This document shows positions 57,367 to 64,000 of a stretch of DNA of 64,000 nt, in pieces (position 1 is the stretch's first letter; every line of letters starts with the position of its first letter). The position numbers and the translations under genes were made by a program. The notes under the pieces are model-generated. The model did no database searches and was not told where the DNA came from. It saw only the letters and a list, made by a program, of their open reading frames with translations. This stretch comes from Syntrophorhabdaceae bacterium (GTDB lineage Bacteria > Desulfobacterota > Syntrophorhabdia > Syntrophorhabdales > Syntrophorhabdaceae): assembly GCA_963665295.1 (NCBI GenBank), contig OY762209.1:3392001-3456000 (forward strand), read 5' to 3'.

Positions 57367-58329
57367 TTGCTTATACAGCAGCCTATGTACATCAATGCAG
57401 CCGCACACTATTTACCGAAGACAATCGTTCCTAATGAGTATTACACAAATCTGACTGGCATGACCGACGAGTGGATTTTCCGGCGCTCGGGCATTCGTAC
57501 GAGAACAAGGGCCGGGGCAGGCGAGAACACCAACACCATGTCCATCGAGGCGGTCACATCCGGAATCGGCCGGCTTCCTTATCCCGTTCAACAGATCGAC
57601 CTTGTAGTAGGCGCTACCTACACCCCCTATGACACAGTGGGGACTATAGCCCATGCGGTGCAGAGTTCCTTTGACATCCATCGGGCGAGAGTAGTTTCCG
57701 TGTCTTCCGCATGTTCTTCGTTTTTGAACGCCATGGAGATAGTGGAAGGCTACTTCGCCACAAACAAGGCCCGGAGAGCTATCGTGGTTGCCGCTGAGCA
57801 TAACACGGCTTACAGCGACGACAGGGACGAGCAGGCAGGCCACCTGTGGGGCGATGGCGCGGGCGTGGTGTTCGTCTCGAAAGAGAGGATTTCCGACGAT
57901 GACATAGAGGTGTTGGACCTCAATACAGTGGGGCTCGGACACGTGGGGAAAGGCCTGGAAGCGGTTTATCTCAGGCCCAACGACGGTGGCCTGAGAATGC
58001 CATGCGGAAAGGATATCTTCGTTCATGCAACAAAATACATGGTATCCGAGGTCGAAAATCTTCTCGCGAGAAATCACTTTGCTTTCGAAGATATTGCGTA
58101 CCTCATACCGCATCAGGCGAACTCGCGCATCATCAGCCACATTGCGTCTACCCTCGGCTTGAAGAATGGTCAGGTGATCATGAATATCGAGAACGCGGGA
58201 AACACTGGTTGTGCAAGCACGGCCATTGCCCTTTCTCAGAATTGGAGCAGATTCGGCATCGACGAGTTGATCGCCATTACGGTTTTCGGCGGTGGATATT
58301 CGGCCGGCGCCATGCTCATGCGAAAGTAA
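57367..58329 (+). CDS. 3-oxoacyl-ACP synthase III (FabH-like); start TTG 57367 or ATG 57385
   Basis: SACSSF, GDGAG, PHQAN.RI, GNT and FGGG motifs (Cys-His-Asn triad). Confidence 0.9.
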   Translation: MLIQQPMYINAAAHYLPKTIVPNEYYTNLTGMTDEWIFRRSGIRTRTRAGAGENTNTMSIEAVTSGIGRLPYPVQQIDLVVGATYTPYDTVGTIAHAVQSSFDIHRARVVSVSSACSSFLNAMEIVEGYFATNKARRAIVVAAEHNTAYSDDRDEQAGHLWGDGAGVVFVSKERISDDDIEVLDLNTVGLGHVGKGLEAVYLRPNDGGLRMPCGKDIFVHATKYMVSEVENLLARNHFAFEDIAYLIPHQANSRIISHIASTLGLKNGQVIMNIENAGNTGCASTAIALSQNWSRFGIDELIAITVFGGGYSAGAMLMRK

Positions 58330-58425
58330 CCGGACCGGCGAGGAAGTCCGATGACCAGAGCCCTCGGAACGGTTAGAACGTCATATGCTTAAAGAAGTCC
58401 TTGCTGCTGCAGGGAGGTACTAGGA

Positions 58426-59223
58426 ATGTCCCCTCCGCGTAATGTTATGGAGATCAGGAATGCCACCGTATACCGCGGAGACGTCCAGGTGTTCAAAAGC
58501 TTTTCCCTTGAGATAGAGGCAGGTCGGAGCACTGCAATCCTGGGCCCCAACGGCGCGGGTAAGTCGACCTTACTCAAACTTCTCACCAGGGAGATCTATC
58601 CCGTGCAGCAGAGAGGGAGTTTCGTGAAGGTCCTGGGCCATGGTCTTTGGAACGTATGGGATATCCGGGCTCATCTCGGCATTGTCTCACAGGACCTGCA
58701 GGGGGAATACCTGGGAGACGCGGAAGGACAGGCAGTGCTTCTGTCGGGTCTTTACTCCAGTATAGGTATCTGGGCCCATCAGGAATTTACTTCGGAAGAC
58801 CGGCAGCGGGCCGAAGGCATGCTTAAGATGCTGGGTGTATGGAGTTGCAGAAAGAAACTGTTCTCAAGGATGTCTACAGGTGAACAGCGGCGCCTTCTTC
58901 TCGGCCGCGCCCTGATTAACGACCCTGATGTGCTTGTGCTGGACGAGCCTACAAGCGGTCTCGACTTGAAGGCCTGTTTCCAATACCTCGAAATTGTCGG
59001 CAACCTCATAGCCTCAGGGAAGACGGTAGTGCTTGTAACACATCATGTCCACGAGATTCCTCCGGGCATCTCACGGGTGATCCTGCTCAAGAACGGTAAA
59101 GTAATCGCCGACGGTGAAAAATCAGGGGTTCTCACGAGTCGGTCCATGACACGGCTTTTTGACATTCCTGTCGAAGTGGTACAGGTGAACGGTTTTTATC
59201 AGGCTGTGCCCGCCGTCCTGTAG
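58426..59223 (+). CDS. ABC transporter ATP-binding protein (ModF/YlmA-like, no adjacent permease)
   Basis: GPNGAGKS, MSTGE, LDEP and VTHH motifs. Confidence 0.9.
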   Translation: MSPPRNVMEIRNATVYRGDVQVFKSFSLEIEAGRSTAILGPNGAGKSTLLKLLTREIYPVQQRGSFVKVLGHGLWNVWDIRAHLGIVSQDLQGEYLGDAEGQAVLLSGLYSSIGIWAHQEFTSEDRQRAEGMLKMLGVWSCRKKLFSRMSTGEQRRLLLGRALINDPDVLVLDEPTSGLDLKACFQYLEIVGNLIASGKTVVLVTHHVHEIPPGISRVILLKNGKVIADGEKSGVLTSRSMTRLFDIPVEVVQVNGFYQAVPAVL

Positions 59224-59437
59224 TGCCGGCATGCCCGTCCACCGGGCCTGTGGATATCAACCCGCCCATTTTGAATAATCTTTTGCTTGAATCGCAATCA
59301 ACGATAGTGGTACATATTAAGTAGAGACGAGGTGAGAAGATTCCACGACCAGGGGGGTTCGAATTCGTCAAATCGGCCGAACCCCGGTAAGTTGTCGAAC
59401 GAATAAGACCTATAGCCTACCCTCAAGGAGGATATGA

Positions 59438-61207
59438 ATGCCAAAGTTTGTCGAGCAGTGGGTTGAAGAACAGGCGAAGCTGACCAAGCCTGACAGAGTG
59501 TACTGGGTCCAGGGGACGGAACAGGAGATGCGCGATCTCATTAAGGTGGGTATCGAGAAAGAGACAACGGGCTCCCATCGTACCTTTCGCGAGTTGAACC
59601 ATGACATTTTTGCCAACTCCTATCTCCACCGGAGCCATCCCAGCGATGTGGCAAGGACTGAACAGCTTACCTTTGTCTGTACGCTGAACAAGGAAGACGC
59701 GGGTCCCAACAACAACTGGATGGAACCTGCGCAGGCAAAAGAGAAGGTTTCCGCCATTTTTGACGGATGCATGAAGGGCCGTACGCTTTATGTAATTCCC
59801 TACATGATGGGTCACCCGGATTCTCCTTACGCAAAACCATGCATACAGATTACCGATTCCATCTACGTGGTGGTAAGCATGTACATTATGACCCGCGTGG
59901 GCGGGGCGACGCTGAAAAGGATCGGCGACTCGGACAAGTTTGTGAAGGGTCTTCATTCCATCGCCGACCTGAATCCGGAAAGGCGGTACATCATGCATTT
60001 CCCCCAGGAAGACCTCGTGATGAGTGTGGGCTCGGGATACGGCGGAAATGCACTGCTCGGAAAGAAGTGCTTCTCCTTGCGAATTGCCTCCTACCAGGGC
60101 TACCAGGAAGGCTGGCTTGCCGAGCACATGATCGTAATGGGCGTGGAGGATAAAAAAACCGGGGAAAAGATGTATTTTCTCGGCTCCTTTCCGTCTGCCT
60201 GCGGGAAGACTAACCTTGCAATGATCGATCCCATTCTTGAAGGCTACAACGTGACTACTCTCGGAGATGACATTGCCTGGATCAACGTGGGACCCGACGG
60301 AAGACTCTATGCAATAAACCCGGAGGCAGGCTTCTTCGGCGTGGCCCCCGGGACATCCGACAAGACGAACCCCCAGATGATGAAGACCCTGCGGGCGGGC
60401 AAAGTCTACCCCACCCTCTTTACAAACACGGGAGTGGACACGGATACAAATGGCCCGTGGTGGGAAGGTCTCACTGATGTGGCTCCGGCCCGGCTTCTCG
60501 ATTGGCAGGGTAACACATGGGATCCCGCGTCCGGTAAGCCTGTCGCCCATCCTAACTCGCGTTTTACCGTGGCAGCCCACAACTGCCCGACCCTCTCTCC
60601 TGAGTTCGACAACCCCAAGGGCGTGCCCATCTCTGCAATCCTCTTCGGTGGAAGGAGGTCGGATACCGCTCCCCTCGTCTGCGAGAGTTTTAGCTGGAAC
60701 CACGGGGTTTTTAAGGCATCATCCCTGGGTTCGGAGACCACAACGGCGGCATCCGGAAAGGTTGGCGTGGTGAGACGTGATCCCATGGCCATGAGGCCCT
60801 TCTGTGGATACAACATGGCCGACTATTTCCGTCACTGGATGAACGTGGGCAGCCGGCTTGCGAATCCTCCCAAGATATTTTTCGTGAACTGGTTCAAGAA
60901 GGACGCCCAGGGCAAGTTTATCTGGCCGGGCTTCAGGGATAATTTCCGGATTATCAAATGGATGATGGATAGGGCCAACGGAACTGTATCGGCCGTAGAG
61001 AGTCCCATCGGACTCATGCCTCATCGCGCGGACCTTGATCTTACCGGTCTCGACATCCCGAATGAGACCTTTGACACTCTCTTTGAGTTCAAGAAAGAGG
61101 ATTGGAAAAAGGAAGTTCAGGGGATCGAGGAGTTCTATAGCGAGTTCGGGGGGAGGATCCCGAAGGAATTGACGGATTACCTTGCGGAACTGAAGAAAAG
61201 CCTGTAA
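59438..61207 (+). CDS. pckG: Phosphoenolpyruvate carboxykinase (GTP)
   Basis: DVARTE, GSGYGGNALLGKKC, FPSACGKTN, GDDIAW and HPNSRF motifs. Confidence 0.96.
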   Translation: MPKFVEQWVEEQAKLTKPDRVYWVQGTEQEMRDLIKVGIEKETTGSHRTFRELNHDIFANSYLHRSHPSDVARTEQLTFVCTLNKEDAGPNNNWMEPAQAKEKVSAIFDGCMKGRTLYVIPYMMGHPDSPYAKPCIQITDSIYVVVSMYIMTRVGGATLKRIGDSDKFVKGLHSIADLNPERRYIMHFPQEDLVMSVGSGYGGNALLGKKCFSLRIASYQGYQEGWLAEHMIVMGVEDKKTGEKMYFLGSFPSACGKTNLAMIDPILEGYNVTTLGDDIAWINVGPDGRLYAINPEAGFFGVAPGTSDKTNPQMMKTLRAGKVYPTLFTNTGVDTDTNGPWWEGLTDVAPARLLDWQGNTWDPASGKPVAHPNSRFTVAAHNCPTLSPEFDNPKGVPISAILFGGRRSDTAPLVCESFSWNHGVFKASSLGSETTTAASGKVGVVRRDPMAMRPFCGYNMADYFRHWMNVGSRLANPPKIFFVNWFKKDAQGKFIWPGFRDNFRIIKWMMDRANGTVSAVESPIGLMPHRADLDLTGLDIPNETFDTLFEFKKEDWKKEVQGIEEFYSEFGGRIPKELTDYLAELKKSL

Positions 61208-61278
61208 CGGGCCTCCAGCGCGGAGGGGGCGCGGCGCGACTGTGCGCTTCCGCTCTCTGAATATCACTTATGCATCTT

Positions 61279-61323
61279 ACCCCCGGGTTTCGCTCCGAAA
61301 GCGTCCCCCGGGGGTTTTCTTTT
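61279..61323. terminator. Terminator between convergent pckG and pentapeptide gene
   Basis: acccccggg...ccgggggt hairpin followed by ttttcttt. Confidence 0.6.
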
Positions 61324-61694
61324 CATTCCCTTTTGCATTGGCCCAGAGAGCCGTGGGCACAGAGTTGCCCGTCGGTCCAGATGGCGTTGGTAAGCTGCGC
61401 CCCGGTCAATTTCGCCCCGGCAAGGTTCGCCCCCGTAAGGTCCGCAAAATAGAGCATTGCCCCCGTAAGGTCCGCGCCCTTCAGATTCGCGCCGGCGAGA
61501 TTGGCTTCCATCAACTTTGCACCCTTAAGATTGACCCCCGCCAGGTTCGCGTTGGTGAGGTCACACGCCGGACACTCTTTTGTTGTCGTGACTCTCTCCA
61601 CCTGGGCCGGGTCAAAAGCGTAGGATGTACTCCAGATCGCGGCGAGAACCGCGACCGCCTGAAGCGAGATAAGACCTGACTTGAGTATTCTCAT
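61323..61694 (-). CDS. Secreted pentapeptide-repeat protein
   Basis: Signal peptide, CPACDL and A(N/D)L.G repeats. Confidence 0.9.
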   Translation of the reverse strand: MRILKSGLISLQAVAVLAAIWSTSYAFDPAQVERVTTTKECPACDLTNANLAGVNLKGAKLMEANLAGANLKGADLTGAMLYFADLTGANLAGAKLTGAQLTNAIWTDGQLCAHGSLGQCKRE

Positions 61695-61755
61695 GGGGAC
61701 TCCTTTCTTTATGTCCTGCCTGGAAACCCGGGAAGGGGCTTGCGCGGACTTTTAC

Positions 61756-61846
61756 ACCATATGTTTGATCGCCCGGATTGTCAATGGCAGTGTATGGCAG
61801 GTAAACAGTTGGCGGCATTGACACGGGGGGTGTTTCCTCTTATACT
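61756..61846. promoter_or_regulatory. Back-to-back sigma70 promoters
   Basis: Plus strand: TTGACA(61818)-17-TATACT(61841). Minus strand: TTGACA(61784)-17-TATGGT(61761). Confidence 0.6.
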
Positions 61847-61911
61847 CTCGATTTAACAAGGGTTGCGTTCTCCTGAAGGAGAGGCTGGTCACGGGGTGGT
61901 TATTGATTTTG

Positions 61912-62274
61912 ATGAAAACTCGCAGTTTTGCGTATCGGTGCCTTAACCTTTTGAGCGCCGTAATTTTGGTGGTCGGTTTGGGCGGCGCGGTCCTGATCTA
62001 CCAGTCGGCAGTCAACGAAGAAGAACTCGTTTCGAATTACGAAGGAGGAGAGGGGCCCTTCTACCCGGTCCCACCTGAATACTCGAAGAAGTATCAACGG
62101 GACCTGGAGCTGTACGGGGGAAAAGGGAACGTCCTTGCCACCCAGTTCCGGCGCTGGTTTGTGGGGCTGTGGCATGGAAGAACACTCGCATACATATTGG
62201 CCTCATGGACAGTACTCGTATCCTTCGGCGTGCTCTATGCAGCGGGCAGGACCATAAAAAGGGACTCATCGTGA
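61912..62274 (+). CDS. Hypothetical membrane protein (2 TM)
   Basis: Two hydrophobic segments flanking SKKYQRDLELYGGK; promoter upstream. Confidence 0.65.
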   Translation: MKTRSFAYRCLNLLSAVILVVGLGGAVLIYQSAVNEEELVSNYEGGEGPFYPVPPEYSKKYQRDLELYGGKGNVLATQFRRWFVGLWHGRTLAYILASWTVLVSFGVLYAAGRTIKRDSS

Positions 62275-62393
62275 GAAGGATGGGGAAGCGGGAATGGGAT
62301 GCTTGCGGCGGGACTAAGGGGCAAGTTATCCCGCAGGGCCGTTTCGGGTGGTAGCGTCTTGCGCGGGGGAAGAGGTGATGTACGGGAAGCCCG

Positions 62394-62627
62394 TCATTCG
62401 GACAGTCTGGTCGCCCCCGTCTGAACAACCATGTCTCTCACGTATCCGGGGCTGTTTTTGCCCATCTGTGAAAAATTCTTACAGTGTTTACAAACGGTCT
62501 CAATCCGTGCGCGGGCTTTTTCCATCAGAATGCCATATCTTTCCGCCACATGAATCAAAGACGCGACTTCGCCATTGCACTTATGGGTGAAAACATTTTC
62601 ACATGTGGTAAAGGCACACACGTTCAT
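62394..62627 (-). CDS. Small Cys-containing hypothetical protein
   Basis: RBS aaggagg before ATG 62627; C..C motif; no recognised family. Confidence 0.45.
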   Translation of the reverse strand: MNVCAFTTCENVFTHKCNGEVASLIHVAERYGILMEKARARIETVCKHCKNFSQMGKNSPGYVRDMVVQTGATRLSE

Positions 62628-62980
62628 AGCTTCCTCCTTTCTCATAATTAAGAGTCAGGACCCAACTATCCGAGGAGCTCTATCAACAGTGGCAAATAAG
62701 ACGTCATAGCATGAAAGTCGCAAATTTAACATCAGGCTGAATTCCAAAACACCCTTCATTACAATTATAGAGCGACTTCTCAAAATGTCAACCCTGGAGG
62801 GAGAAAAATTTCACTATAGCAGGGAAGGCTGTGACGGGGGCAGGGAAATTCAGGACTTGCGACCTCCGGGGGTCCGGTAAGGGGAGTGTTTGGCCGCAGG
62901 CGGAATGCGGCATTCCCGGGGGCTGTAGGTGAATCCGCCGGCCTTTGGCGGGAAAGGGGCCGTGACGGCCCCATCGATCC

Positions 62981-64000
62981 TTACAGGAAATAATCCTGAA
63001 GGGCTTTGACTTGAAGCTTTTCCTTCCGCATGCTCTCGATGGCATTAACCACTGCCTGGGCCCCGGAGAGGGTGGTAGTGTAAGGTATCTTGTATTGTAC
63101 CGCTCCGGACCTGATGAGCACTTCATCCTGTTTCGGGTTCCGTCCACTAGGTGTGTTGATGATGAAATGAATCTCGCCGTTCTTAATCATGTCCACAATG
63201 TGTGGCCGCCCTTCGGAGACCTTATGGACGAATTTCACTTCGATTCCGTTGTTGGCAAGCACTTTCCCCGTGCCCCTGGTCGCGCATATCCTGAAGCCGA
63301 GATCGGACAGCTTCTTGGTGATGAAGATGACATTTCTCTTGTCCTTGTTCTTTACGCTCACAAAGACGTTTCCTTCCGACGGAAGGACCTGACCGGCGCC
63401 GAGCTGAGCTTTCCAGAAGGCAGCGCCGAAATTGACGTCAATGCCCATGACTTCTCCCGTAGATTTCATCTCAGGACCGAGTATGGTATCGACGCCGGCG
63501 AATTTGTTGAAGGGAAATACGGACTCCTTTACGGCTACGTGCTTGATCTCAACCTCTTTTACGATGCCGAGGTCTTTGAGCTTCAACCCTACCATCAACT
63601 TCGCTGCTACCTTCGCCCATTGTATGCCCGTGGCCTTGCTGACAAAAGGTATGGTTCTACTCGCCCTGGGGTTTACTTCGAGCACATAGATAACGTCATT
63701 TTTTACCGCATACTGGATATTCATGAGGCCAATGACGTTGAGGTCTTTCGCAAGTCTGTAGGTGTCTTTCTTGATCTGCTCTATGACTGCGTCATCGAGG
63801 GAGTAAGGGGGCAGGGCGCAGGCGCTGTCTCCGGAATGAATTCCCGCTTCCTCGATGTGCTCCATGATCCCCGCGACCACGCAGGTTTCGCCGTCGCATA
63901 CCGCGTCCACGTCTATTTCAAGGGCGTCTTCGAGGAATTTGTCGATGAGGATGGGTCGCTCGGGCGACGCCTCGGCCGCCTTCACCATGAAGGATTTGAG
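62981..64000 (-). CDS. carB: Carbamoyl-phosphate synthase large subunit, C-terminal part (5' end outside the window)
   Basis: EHIEEAGIHSGDS, EVNPRASRT, GPEMKSTGEVMG and the MGS domain. Confidence 0.97.
   Translation of the reverse strand, partial: LKSFMVKAAEASPERPILIDKFLEDALEIDVDAVCDGETCVVAGIMEHIEEAGIHSGDSACALPPYSLDDAVIEQIKKDTYRLAKDLNVIGLMNIQYAVKNDVIYVLEVNPRASRTIPFVSKATGIQWAKVAAKLMVGLKLKDLGIVKEVEIKHVAVKESVFPFNKFAGVDTILGPEMKSTGEVMGIDVNFGAAFWKAQLGAGQVLPSEGNVFVSVKNKDKRNVIFITKKLSDLGFRICATRGTGKVLANNGIEVKFVHKVSEGRPHIVDMIKNGEIHFIINTPSGRNPKQDEVLIRSGAVQYKIPYTTTLSGAQAVVNAIESMRKEKLQVKALQDYFL

Noticed and set aside
61380..61570. 15/30-bp periodic DNA repeats
   Set aside because: Fully explained by the pentapeptide-repeat protein coding sequence.

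Overview
64-kb window from a GC-rich (visually ~55%) anaerobic bacterium. Gene content suggests a Desulfobacterota/Syntrophorhabdus-like degrader of aromatic or fatty acids; this is inference, not a database result. Left to right: (1) 1-11.3 kb, a co-oriented catabolic cluster built on a split PEP-synthase-like phosphotransferase of the phenylphosphate-synthase type, with TWO different substrate/His subunits and ONE ATP-binding subunit, plus a DUF89 phosphatase, SDR, two alpha+beta-barrel proteins, a PaaK-type CoA ligase and a Mop-type molybdenum oxidoreductase. No UbiD-type carboxylase is visible. (2) A three-gene minor-pilin cassette whose middle gene is frameshifted. (3) Two ArnT-like glycosyltransferases, an archaeal-type UPF0200 kinase, rnpB overlapping rnhA, a zinc-ribbon protein and tRNA(CAT). 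(4) A PAS kinase and NtrC-type regulator, a consensus sigma54 promoter with tandem UAS-like repeats, two acyl-CoA dehydrogenases and two tandem TRAP operons that share an apparently identical 1981-bp segment but have diverged dctP genes. (5) A TetR gene divergent from a 10-gene, fully soluble CCG-protein/EtfBA/HdrL/HdrA/MvhD/FdhB-like/HdrC/HdrB/HdrA' operon, with matching operator-like sites on both sides. (6) A third TRAP system and CoA ligase, an intact IS1634 element (12-bp IRs, TTTAGA duplication) inserted at the stop codon of a CBS gene, then an ADP-forming acyl-CoA synthetase, a FabH-like gene, an ABC ATPase, pckG and the 3' part of carB. The best candidates for undescribed systems are the carboxylase-less dual-substrate phosphotransferase cluster and the soluble ETF-triple-HdrA complex.
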